Assembly: GCA_031835245.2 (NCBI GenBank)
Contig: JAVKOQ020000064.1
Span: forward strand, 62,001-126,000
Length of the DNA stretch: 64,000 bases
Reading direction: 5' to 3'
Source of the DNA: Balamuthia mandrillaris
Taxonomy: Eukaryota
Shown: in pieces, positions 53,370-64,000 of the stretch
Layout: each line of letters opens with the position of its first letter
How positions within the stretch are numbered: the stretch's first letter is position 1
The notes under the pieces: model-generated
The model's input: the letters and a program-made list of their open reading frames with translations, nothing else
Told to the model about the DNA's origin: nothing
Database searches by the model: none
Translations under genes and position numbers: made by a program

Positions 53370-54047
53370 CAAGCGAGAAAAGCGAGAAAAGCGAGAGAGC
53401 AGAGAGCAGAGAGAGAGCAGAGAGAGAGCAGAGAGAATAATCCGTGTCAATGGTTCAGTGGCATAACAAAATAAAGAGGGATCAAAAGTTTTACCAAGTA
53501 ATCGAAAATGTGGGTAATGTACTTCATGGCCGTTGTGAACCTTTCCCATTCCTTGCTGTAATACATCAACAGAGCGTCATCCATCCGGTTTTCTGCTTCC
53601 TATTTATTGTGAAATAAACGTCAGTCTGCTGGAAAAGATGAGAGAGAACGAGGAGAAGCGCGAATGGCAAGAGAGAGGAGAGCAGAGTGCGGGGAGGGGG
53701 GAAGGAGAGCAAGGTAGCGAGAGGAGCAGAACAGGAGAACCGAGAGCAGCAAAGAGAAAGCCAGAAAAAGAACAAACCTTGCAGAGGTGCTTCATGTGCT
53801 TCTTGAGATAGTCGCTCAAGCGGTTGTAAAGCTCCTCTCCGACAAAGTTCGCGCCCGAGATGGTGCCTGCCTTCCTGCCAGGGGAAGGACGGGAGGTGGT
53901 ACAGTAGTTATAGACATGACTGTAGAGCTCCACCCAGCGTTTCCGCTCAAAGCCAGCGTTGAGGTTGGTGACCAACGACGTGATGCCGTTCTCGAGGTCG
54001 GGCCAAATGTCATCCAGAGATACCCGCTTTGACGCCACGTGAGCCAT
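51132..54047 (-). CDS. CUL1: Cullin-1
   Basis: [85 protein letters not shown] (neddylation site), [16 protein letters not shown]. Confidence 0.97.
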
Positions 54048-54947
54048 TTGTTCTGTGCGTGTGAACGAAGAAAAATAAAAACAGGTTTAAGGGTGAGAAG
54101 ATGGATGATGATTCAGCAAAGGAAGAAAAGAGAGAAAGATAAAAGTGAGGTTCTTTTTTTTTTACACTGAAAATAAGCAAAAAGGTAAAAATAAAGATAA
54201 AATAAATGTTTAAAACAGAACCAGACAATCCAATCCTTCACTTCATCGACCATTAAAAAAAAATACAATCCTAACCAGAAAAAAAAAAAGATAAAGCAGA
54301 AAAATCGTGTACCTTACTGATTTTTTTAAAAAAACAAACACACAATCACCAAAATGAAAAGAACGCAGTCGTCTTTTCAAGCTCTCCCCCCCCTTTTGAT
54401 TTTTCCTCTGTCTGCCCAACACAAACACACACAAAAACGCTTTTTTTTAAAAAAAAAATAAAGAGCAGTAGCAGCGCGGTAGCAGCTTCTCTCTTCCCCC
54501 AAGCTTCTCTCTTTACTTTTGTTCTTTTTCTCTCTCTGCGCTGCTTTCCTCCCCTTTCTTCAGCGCTCCCCCTTCACCGAAGGCAGAACTAAAATAAAAT
54601 AATTGTCAAAATGCTGATGGAGGGGTCACAGATCCATTTTTGGGATGATCGATCAGGAAACCGACGTAAATTAGGAAATTTGTAGATGATCTATGACGAA
54701 ATCATCCAATGGATAATCAAAGAGGGGGAAATTCACGAAAAACTCTCCTTTTCGCCGCCAAAATAACAACATGAAAGAAGTGAACGACGGAGACGTGACG
54801 GACGAAGCATCGCTGCGCGTCACTTCATCGCGGACACTGCCGTGCCTGCGCTTATTTGCTTGCTTGTGTCGTCGGCGTTCTGTTCCATTATGTTTTATTT
54901 ATTTTCTGATTCAGCTCTGTGACCAAACAAATAAATCTTAGAATACT

Positions 54948-55454
54948 TCAGGAGGAGGATGATATCTGATACCGAACTCTGGAGTAAGACAAGTAGATGG
55001 TGGGAGAGGAGGAGGAGGAGGAGGAGGGAGAGGGATCGTTCGGCAATTGGGCGCCGATCACCTCCTGCTCGCAGTCGGCGCAGGTGAGGTAGCGCAGGTG
55101 CTGCGCGTCCACGCTCTTGGTGAAGCCGATGTTCTCAAAGTCGAACATGTCCTTGACAGCCCAGAAGAAACGCTCTGGCACCTCTTTGCCATCTTTTTGC
55201 CTCATGTTTATCTGTATTGTTTGGAAAACAACAGTTCTTGTGGGTGAGTTCCACTTCTATTCAAAGAGAGAAAGAGAGAGAGAGAAACGAACTTCTTTTT
55301 CCACGATGGCAGCTTTCTTTGGCAAAAGGATCTGGCTGGAGCACAACCTGCACACCACAGGATGCGCGTTGGTCCTGTCCTCATTGAGATGCGTCGGGTC
55401 AAGGCCCCCTTCTCCTCCTTCCACAGGTTGGTCCGCGTCTCTCTTCTCTTCCAT
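54948..55454 (-). CDS. MSS4: Mss4/RABIF (Dss4) Rab chaperone/GEF
   Basis: VVCRLCSSQILLP, WAVKDMFDFENIGFTK, YLTCADCEQEVIG. One intron. Confidence 0.92.
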
Positions 55455-56019
55455 TTTTTCTTTTCGATAAAAACTTTCGATCGATCAGAAGTTTTGAGGA
55501 GTCAAAAGGAAACTTCCGAAAAAAATAAATTCGGGTATTTTCGAAATGTTTCCTCGAAATATATCCACCGATAGACCCCTCGAGTGGGGAACGTGATCTC
55601 ATTATTAACTTCCGAAGTTTCCCTTTCGGGGGCGCACCATTGGTTGAGAAATTCCGCCTGGCGTCGTTTGGGCCAACAAGAATAAAGTAAATGAAACGGC
55701 AGGAGTGGAGTTTTTGTTTTTGGTTTCTCTATTTTTTCTTTTGTTTTCTTAAACTTTGAAAAAAAAATTATAGTGTTTCTTTTTCTTGGTCGTTCAAACC
55801 GCTCTCTCGGCCCAGAAGAGCAGATAGTATTTATTGTGGCTGGGAAAGTAGGCCCTGAAGCAAAAGCAACACCTTCTTTTTGCACCTGGAAGAGGTAAGT
55901 TCGACTTGTATCACTCTCGCCGTCACTTCGTTATGTATACATTTTTTTTTTTGTGTCTGTTTCTCTTATGCCCTTTTTATGTTTCTTGAAACAAAAGGGG
56001 AAAAAGGAACACCAAGAAA

Positions 56020-57737
56020 ATGAGCAGTGTCAACTCCTCAATGCCCCGAGAAGTGAAGTGGGAGAAGAGGTTCCAAAAACTACTTGAGTACAAAAAGATT
56101 CACGGTCACACCTGCGTCTCCACGCTCGACCGAAAGAACCGCACTTTAGCCCGGTGGATCACTCACCAGAGGACCAGAAGAAAGAGAGGCTGTTGGAGGC
56201 CAGAAGAATCGATCGCCTTGACCAGATAGGCTTCGTTTGGGACATGAGAGCCAAAGGAGAAAACTGTGCCTACGCCCAGCCTCGCTCTTCTTCATCCAAA
56301 CAAAGGAGCACTGTCAACAAGAGGAAAAAGAACACCCGCGGATTGACCGAAGAGGAAGAAGAACTCGAGGAAGAGTTGAACCTGTCGGATGCCTCCAGTA
56401 CCGGCAAGGAGGACTGTGAAGACGATGAGGAATCACGACAACGAAGTCTTCCTCCCAAGCTTCGCAGAAAACGCAACTTTACCTCATGTTCTTCTCCCTC
56501 TCTTACTGCTTCGTCAGTATCAGCTCCATCACTTAGCCCAACGATAACGAGGAGAGTGAGACCCAGGAGGAACGTTCCTCGCAGAAGAATGATTGAAGAA
56601 ACCAGTCCTCGAGGTTGCGGATGCTCTCTCACGGATCCAGAAGATGACGACTTGAAGCGACGTCAACAAGTTATCTCCTACCGTCATTCATCGGAGGAAG
56701 AAGCGGCAGAAGGATCAGACTCAGAGTACGACCCCAACGAAGGAGATGGTTTCCTTCATCCTTCGTCCTCTGCTTCAAAAAAGAAGCCACAGAGCAATCG
56801 GATGATCGAAGACCTCAACAACTACAAGGACGAACCGCCTCCAAACCGAAACTCACGATCATCCTCTCAGCCAACGGATGTAAGCTCATCCTCTGAGGCC
56901 GAAAACAACGACCTTGACAAGAGCGATCTCCACTTTGCTCCTGGCTCTTGCTCCACTTCTTCCTCCACCGAATCTCTCTCTCCTTCCACGTTGTTCTCAG
57001 CCAGAAGTCGCAGTTACTCCAGCAGACGTCTCAACAAGCAGAAAGTGATGCACGTTCGAGTAAAAGCGAAACGTGTGAAAAGCAAGCTTCCCGATGACGT
57101 CGAAGAAGAAGGAGCGGCAAGGAAGAGAAGAAAGAAGAGGAGTAGAAAGAACAAGAGAAAGTCTACGGGAAGTAATAGCAGAAAGAGAAGCAGCCGCGGG
57201 AGCTGGGGCGTTGCGGTCAAGTTGGAGTGCGAATGGTCCACAGCTCCAGCAGTTTCCTCTGACACCGAAAACGACTTCGTTAATGACGACAAGTCTTCAT
57301 CAGATGCTTCTTCACAGATTGGTTCTTCTCCCAATGTTGCAGCCAACAAGTCCAGGAATTATATCAGCCACAAGAAGAACAAGAAGAACAAGAAGAAGAA
57401 AGACAGAAAGAAGCAGAAGAGGAGGAGGGCTACCATGGAAGAGGAAATGGTGGTTGCTCAGCCAACCAGAGAAGATATTGAGACCGTCATCGAAGCTCTG
57501 TTTGCTTTGCACGAGCAAATGCCAGCTTTAATCTCCTCCTCTTCTTCCACCACCACAACGATGAAAGCCACCAGGACAGCCTTCCTTTCTCCATCTTCTG
57601 CACCTCAAAGCTGCAACGAAGCTGAGATGGAGAGGAGATTCCATGAGCAAGAGGAGGATTGGCTGAAGACATCGGATGAGGAAGGACCCACCATGAGGAT
57701 GACGAAAGGAGACATGGCCCCACAGAAGACCAAGTGA
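56020..57737 (+). CDS. Helicase-associated (HA) domain protein with long disordered basic tail; frameshifted within the HA domain near 56170-56190
   Basis: Frame 1 reads WEKRFQKLLEYKKIHGHTCV...LARWITHQR and continues in the -1 frame as LLEARRIDRLDQIGFVWD, which completes the HA consensus. Confidence 0.72.
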
Positions 57738-57916
57738 AGACGGTGCCTTGCAGCACTTGTAGCAGAAGAGTGAAAAGTGAGAAAGTGCATATACGTCCTG
57801 AGCACATAGCATTTCTATTCTATTCATATTGTGTTAAAGTTTGTTGCTATTGTTGATAAATGTTTGAACAGAACAAAGGCTGTTGTTAACCAATGATAAA
57901 AACGACAAGCAAGAAC

Positions 57917-58124
57917 TTAGAAAGAAGGAACAAAGACGAGAGAAGTGGGTTGGAGTTGGCCAAAGGGAGCTTCGTTAGCGATTTTGCCCGTGGAGATGTC
58001 CACCGTGACCAAAGCAACTTGCACCGACTCACCGGTTCCCATTGTTGAAACATATTTGCCCGATGCTTCATCCTATTTACAATAATGAAAGAGAACGAAA
58101 GAAAGAAAGAAAGAAAGAAACGAC

Positions 58125-58196
<72 letters not shown>

Positions 58197-58202
58197 AACG
58201 AC

Positions 58203-58234
<32 letters not shown>

Positions 58235-58310
58235 AACGACAAGAAAGAAAGAAACGACAAGAAAGAAAGAAACGACAAGAAAGAAAGAAAGAAAGAAAGA
58301 AAGAAACGAC

Positions 58311-58346
<36 letters not shown>

Positions 58347-59327
58347 AACGACAAGAAAGAAAGAAAGAAACGACAAGAAAGAAAGAAAGAAAGAAAGAAA
58401 CGACAAGAAAGAAAGAAAGAAAGAAACGACAAGAAAGAAAGAAAGAAACGACAAGAAAGAAAGAAACGACAAGAAACGACAAGAAAGAAAGAGGAAAAAG
58501 AAGACAAAAATAGAAACAAGAAGAATACATGAACAAAGAACGAAGAATGAGAAAACAAAAGAATAGAGGATGAATGAGGAAAGAAGGATGCAACAAACCA
58601 AAGCGCCCATTCCAGCAACGGCAAACCTGAAGCGAGAGTCATGCCAATGACTAACGGGAGACACATCCCCCGTTTTGGCGTTGATGGTCCCAAAAGTGGT
58701 GTTGGAGTCACCTGGCGAGGAGGAATCCACCATCAACGCATAGAGCGTTCTGCTCTTCTGGCCAAACACCTTTTTTGAAGGTGTGAACAGAAGAGAGAGT
58801 TGAGCAACACAACGTTTAAACAGCACCAGAGGAGAAAGATAAAGGAGGCTGTCCTATGTACCATCGAAATGGGGAAGTAAGGAGCCTTGTAGGTATTTAT
58901 CTTCAAACTCCTGATGTCTATGGTTCCCACAAAGTACGTCTCGTCCGATGTGCCTTGCTTGGTGAACGGCGATACGTAAAGCCCGTTCAGAAAGTCGAGG
59001 GCGGAGGGAGTGCCGCCCATTCCTTGGGCGATGGGCAGCAACCCGGATGGAAGCTCCAGGAGGTCGGTGTAGCCGGAAGCGGTAGAAAAGAGAGACGAGG
59101 AGGAACCAGGAAGAACAGAACCGAAGAAAATGCCGGACCCCTCTTTGGAAGGAGCTGTGTTTGTGGAGTGAAAAAAGAAGAATGAGTTAGCGAAAGAAGG
59201 AGAAGATGAGGAGAAGCAGAGAAGAGAAAAGAGAACGAGAAGACGAGAAGAAGGAGAAAAGCAGAGAAGCAGAGATCAGAATAGAAGCAGAAAAGAGAGA
59301 GGAGAGAGAGAGAGAGAGAGAGAGCGA

Positions 59328-59370
<43 letters not shown>

Positions 59371-59946
59371 GAAGCAAGCAAAGAGAAAGAGAAGCAGCAA
59401 ACGAGAAGGGTAGAGCGAGATGAGAGAAGGAAAAAAAAAAGACAAACCATCTCTAAGGGCAGTGCCCAAAAGAAAGACTTTGCCGCTGCTTCGGTCAAAC
59501 TCAACGCTAAAGATGTAAGAGTGAGGAATGGGGTCCACCGACACGATCTTTGCCTGGGAAGTAGAGGTAGGCAACGCGATTCCGACCAACGACATCGTTT
59601 CGGAGGGGATGTTGTTGTTTCGTTTTTGTTGGTGAGACGAAGTCTGATTGATGAGACAGACGTAAAGGATGCGCTTGGCGGGGTCCAAGGTGGAGGGCAA
59701 GGAGAGCAGCTGGGAGCTGTCCGACAGGGAGAGGAGCTGCTTGCCGAAAGCCCCGGTGCGCTCGTCCAGCACGGAGAGCGCGAAGGGAGGGGAGAGCATG
59801 CCGGTGGTGGCCAGCAGCACGTTCGCCTCCCCGCCTCTGCCGCCCTCTCCCGACTCAAAATTGTCGCTGAGCGGCCTATACCCATTCTTTGCCCGAGCGG
59901 CAACGCAGAGCAGAAGAACGCTGAGAAAAAAGAAAGAGGTTCTCAT
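57917..59946 (-). CDS. Secreted hypothetical beta-rich (propeller-like) protein, about 4 exons
   Basis: Signal peptide MRTSFFFLSVLLLCVAARA. Blade-like units STLDPAKRILYV, SALDFLNGLYV, GTINAKTGDV, VTVDISTGKI. Last exon ends LVFVPSF*. Confidence 0.65.
58090..58490 (-). repeat. (GAAA)n microsatellite with CGACAA interruptions (the FES1-intron composite motif on the opposite strand)
   Basis: Directly visible; lies in an intron of the minus-strand gene. Confidence 0.92.
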
Positions 59947-60210
59947 GGTTTGTTTTGTTTCTTGAGTGCTATAACGAAAAAGAAAGAAACGACAAGAAAG
60001 AAAAGAGCGAAGGGAAAGAAAGAAAAGAAAAGAGCTTTGGGAATGGATGGAAAAAGAAAAAGAAGCGGAATTGTGCCGTGTCCGATTTCCCTTTTTTTGG
60101 AGGGAATGCGGCGATCGGTTCATTCATTACGAACCGACCAATGGAAAATCAAATCGAATGATCTGGATCTATTACCGACCAATCCGCAATCAGAAATCAG
60201 CGGAAAGGGA

Positions 60211-61554
60211 ATGGAAGAGGGCCTGCAGACAGCAGACATGGGAGAGAAGGAGGAAAGCTATAGCGAAGCGCTTCCCGCCCTGCTCCAACCCTTTGCGCAC
60301 TCCACCGCCTGCAACCTCTCCTTCAAACGCTTGACCGCCCTGCCGAGGGAGTTTGGCCGGCTTACCGCCCTCACCCGCTGCGACCTCTCCACCAACCTGC
60401 TGAGCTCCTTGCCGAGGGAGTTTGGCCAGCTCCGCGCTCTCATCCACTGCTATCTCTCCTTCAACGAGCTGAGCGCCTTGCCGAGGGAGTTTGGCCAGCT
60501 CGCCTCTCTCACCCGCTGCAACCTCTCCAACAACGAGCTGAGGTCCTTGCCGCGGGAGTTTGGCCAGCTCTCCGCTCTCACTGAGTGCAACCTCTCCCAC
60601 AACAGGCTGACCTCCTTGCCGAGGGAGTTTGGCCAGCTCTCCGTTCTCGCTTTGCTCGACCTCTCCTGCAACAAGCTGAGGTCCTTGCCGAGGGAGTTTG
60701 GCCAGCTCTCCGCTCTCACTGAGTGCAACCTCTCCTCCAACGAGCTGACCTGCTTGCCGAGGGAGTTTGGGGGGCTGAACGCCCTCAAGCGTTGCATCCT
60801 GTATGGTAACACCTTGGCAGCACTGCCTTGCTCCATGGTTTGCCTTTTTCCATCCTTGCGCACGCTCTTCCTTCAACCCTTTCAGCTGCAAGAACCGCTT
60901 TTCCAACAAACGGAAGAGTGTGAGGCAGAAGCTGAGCAAGAGCACAAGGAGGAGGCGGAGAAGCAGAAGAAGCAGAAAAGAGTGAAACCCAAGCAGTCAC
61001 CTCCCATGAGGAACAACCGGGCAACAGCCAAAAGTTTGTGGCACTTGAGCGGAGAGGCGGTGCTTAGGAACAAGCTTTTGCCACCCGGCCTCCTGGCCTC
61101 TGTTCCAGACCCGCCCTTCACTTGGCTTTCTTCTTGTTCTTCTTCTTCTTGTTCTTCTTCTTCTTGTTCTTGTTCTTCTTCTTCTTGTTCTTCTTCTTCT
61201 TCTTCTTCTTCTTCTTCTTCTTCTTCTTGTTCTTCTTCTTGTTCTTCTCAAGGAACAAAAGAAGAAGGGAAAGCAGAAGAAGGAGAAGGGAGCGTGGGGG
61301 AGGTCATCATGGCGGTGGTGCTGCCGGAAGAAGTGAAGGAACGACTGGAAAGGTTGCAAAGAAGATGTGATGTTTGTGAACACCTGTTTTTGGAGGCAGA
61401 AGCGACGGAGGAAGAGAAAGAAGGAGGAGGGGAAGCAAGGGAAGTGGTGAGAAGATATTGGGACGAGGAAAGAGAAGTGTGGTGGGAGCTGTTGTGTTGC
61501 AGCCAGAGCTGCCTCCTCCAGCCCCTTCCTGCCTCTTCCCTTGCCACCAAGTAA
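60211..61554 (+). CDS. LRR protein paralog C (8 LRRs), same N-cap and BC-box/Zn tail, inverted orientation
   Basis: SEALPALLQPFAHSTACNLS, LPREFGQL repeats, SLWHLSGEAVLRN, LPEEVKERL, RCDVCEHLF, LCCSQSC. Confidence 0.88.
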   Translation: MEEGLQTADMGEKEESYSEALPALLQPFAHSTACNLSFKRLTALPREFGRLTALTRCDLSTNLLSSLPREFGQLRALIHCYLSFNELSALPREFGQLASLTRCNLSNNELRSLPREFGQLSALTECNLSHNRLTSLPREFGQLSVLALLDLSCNKLRSLPREFGQLSALTECNLSSNELTCLPREFGGLNALKRCILYGNTLAALPCSMVCLFPSLRTLFLQPFQLQEPLFQQTEECEAEAEQEHKEEAEKQKKQKRVKPKQSPPMRNNRATAKSLWHLSGEAVLRNKLLPPGLLASVPDPPFTWLSSCSSSSCSSSSCSCSSSSCSSSSSSSSSSSSSCSSSCSSQGTKEEGKAEEGEGSVGEVIMAVVLPEEVKERLERLQRRCDVCEHLFLEAEATEEEKEGGGEAREVVRRYWDEEREVWWELLCCSQSCLLQPLPASSLATK

Positions 61555-61769
61555 ACCCTTTTTGTTATTTTTCAAAAAGAACAAACAATTGGAGAAACAG
61601 TCTCTCCAGAGCATTACAGCAAGCAGTTAGGCAACAAGATTCCTGTGCGTTGGAAGAGTTGAGATGTGCAGTGGAAAGGAAGCAACGAGTAGACGAAAAG
61701 ATGTATGTTGTCTGTCTATTTGTAAGAATACAAATGATAAAGAAGCACTTTACATATAAGAGTGGGAAT

Positions 61770-62419
61770 GGTTGACGTTCACTGGGTTGCAGTTGTCAAT
61801 TGGTTCCCATCGCCGTCATAGAAAACAAATTGTTGCATGCTCGTTGTCTCCTTTGGGAGATGTGATCGTTCATCAGCTGTTCAAGCCGTCACTGCAAAGC
61901 ATTTCCGTTAGCATCATCCTCATCAAGCAACCATACTTCTGGTGGCAAAACCACACGTACGTTGTTGCAGCAGTTGGTCCTTTCTTTTGGCTATCGATGA
62001 CACTGGCCGTTGTCCTCCAAATGCTGAACAACAAAGCCATAAACCTCAACGTTGCTTCGAATGGTTGCTCCCTGGAAGTCTGGCCGATGGCGACAGCCTG
62101 TAGCCCGATGTTGCCGTCCACAGTGAGCACAGAGTCGGGTAGGGCGGTTTTTCTGTTCAGTGGTCTTGCAAGCAAAAAGTTACAAACCGCAGTAGCTAAT
62201 TGTCTTGGTGAATCGGTAGGTTGTTATGATTGTTGTTCATCTTGGTGTGGTTCTTCGGATTGTTGTTGTGGTTGTTGTGGTTGTGGTTCCCCGAGTTGTT
62301 GTGGTGGTTGTGCTTCTTCAAGTGGTTGTAGTTGCTCCACCTCTGTAAAACTTCCTTCAGTCTTGTTGTTGATGGTGGTAATAATTAGTAAAAAGAATCC
62401 AAAGAGAAGGAGAAGAACA

Positions 62420-62467
<48 letters not shown>

Positions 62468-63260
62468 TACTTCACGCACCTCATAAGGACATTGTTGTTG
62501 TCTCTCATGACTGCATTCACACAGATGACAAAACTCAGGGCAGTCCTCCAAGATGTGGCGGTCTCCACAACTGCAGATCTCTGCACGAAAACAGCGGTCT
62601 TGGCGATGATAGCGCTTGCACCTTTGGCACCATGCTTGAGAACATTGACTACCGTGGTGTCTCTCCTTACAAATAGAGCAAGGGCCGAGTGGGCACTGGT
62701 CTCGTCTGTGACCACCGCTACATTGTGAGCATGGTCGTTGTGGACAGTGGTCGCGGCGATGGTTGTATTCGCCGCATAGGGAGCAAGGCTGCAAAGGGCA
62801 ACGCTCTGAGCGGTGAGGACCTTGACAATGGGAGCAAGGCCGCAAAGGGCAGTGCTGTGAGCGGTGACGGCCCTGACAATGGGAGCAAGGCCGCAAAGGG
62901 CAGTGCTGTGAGCGGTGACGGCCCTGACAACGGGAGCAAGGCCGTAGAGGGCAGTCCTCAGAACGGTGGCGTTCTTGGCAGCCATTGAAAAGGTTGAAAG
63001 GTGAGTAAGTAGCTGGAAACGATTTAAAAAATCAAAACCGTACCTTCGCAATGGTTACAGTGCTGTTGCGAAGGGCATCTCTCTGTCCTGTGTGTTTCTT
63101 CACAGTGACTGCAATGGAGGCATCGTAGTTGCGGGCATCGGTCAGGGCGGTGTCCCGCCTGCTGGCAATGAGGGCATGGTCGCTCAGGGCAAGCCGCTTG
63201 CAAATGGCCAGGGTTAAACCGTCGACAGTGCCGACAAATACGCATGGTGTTGGTCGCCAT
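61770..63260 (-). mobile_element. Decayed Helitron-like element fragment: tandem CCHC zinc knuckles plus N-terminal RepHel motif, truncated
   Basis: Minus-strand frame reads QCHR*PKERTNCCNNVRVVLPPE...Q*RLEQLM..RQRACNNLFSMTAMG, matching the Helitron CC..G.V.LP...R.YN..F..T.MG pattern. Stops at 61991-3, 61889-91 and 62224-6. About 14 Cx2Cx3-4Hx4C units lie upstream. Confidence 0.62.
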
Positions 63261-64000
63261 TGCTCAAGATTTTCCACTGTGTTGCGGCGGCGCTTCCTTT
63301 CGACAGCAAAGACGTTAAAAATCGTGACGACACGATTATTGTCGACATAAATAACCCTACGTGTTCGCCATGTTTGCCAGATCAGTGATACATTTTGATT
63401 TAAAAACTGGTGGATGCCAGATCGATGATACTTTTTGGCATTTTGTCTGCAAATAATCCAAAAATAAAAAGAAAGGAAAAACGAGAGAGAACAAGAAGGA
63501 AAGCTGCAAGAATTGTTTCTCATTCTTGCTTGTATTCTCCACCTACTTTTTTTGTCTTTTCTTGCGCTAACCTCACTCATTAACAGTTTTTTTTTTGCGG
63601 GGGCTCTTTTTTATTTTTTTGAAAAAGAGGAGAACAACGAACGATTGAACAAGAATGCTACTTACGGCTACGTCTTCCACTTCTGCAAAAACAAAACTTT
63701 TTTCTACAGTGTCTCTTTCTACTTCTTCTTCTTCTTCTTCGTCCTCAGAGAAAGAAGCGGAGGAAGAGGAAGTCAAGGATGTTGCTGTGGAAGTGGCCGT
63801 CGCCTCGGCTGCCACCGAAGTGCTGAAGAAACCCTTTCGACCGTTCACCAACCGTCTCTTTCGTGCTACCTCCTCTCCTCCCCCTCCTCTTCTTTCGTCT
63901 TCTTCTTCTTCTTCCTCTTCCTCTTATTCAAACGAACCACAACAAGCCCTTGAAACAACAGAAGACAAAGAAGAAGAGACAGAAAAATGCGAACCGAGTA

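Noticed and set aside
59206..60210. 782-aa ORF suggesting a long N-terminal extension of LRR paralog C
   Set aside because: The upstream part is antisense to the secreted-protein gene and its intron repeats; alignment with the paralogs places the start at about 60211.
63357..63960. Exon-like acidic minus-strand segment with a GTAAGT donor at the window end
   Set aside because: An in-frame TAA precedes it and the upstream context is outside the window, so no gene can be called.

Overview
Gene-dense eukaryotic DNA with short GT-AG introns, many of them filled with pyrimidine-rich microsatellites. Gene content and style suggest a free-living amoeba (Amoebozoa, Balamuthia/Acanthamoeba-like); this is inference. 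About 27 protein-coding loci can be reconstructed by hand-splicing. Housekeeping genes: FLVCR/SLC49 MFS transporter, KEOPS Pcc1, SLC25 carrier, endosulfine, R3H-Pif1 helicase, homeobox protein, PIG-H, ATP synthase epsilon, PEX7, Zwint-1/Sos7-like kinetochore protein, triple-CH RhoGEF, HD hydrolase, ureohydrolase, M12B metalloprotease, SDR, Fes1/HspBP1, Cullin-1, Mss4. Most interesting items: (i) a protein with two dsRNA-binding domains fused to an apparently catalytically intact Schlafen/AlbA_2 nuclease domain; (ii) a family of intronless LRR + BC-box/Zn-tail genes (14, 9 and 8 repeats, plus a relic that lost its array) with conserved framework and hypervariable surface positions; (iii) a 23-bp-stem pre-miRNA-like hairpin between two of the LRR genes; (iv) a giant-virus-type F-box/ankyrin gene; (v) a decayed Helitron-like element carrying about 14 CCHC zinc knuckles. 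All domain calls are by eye from motifs; no database searches were run. Spans of spliced genes include introns.
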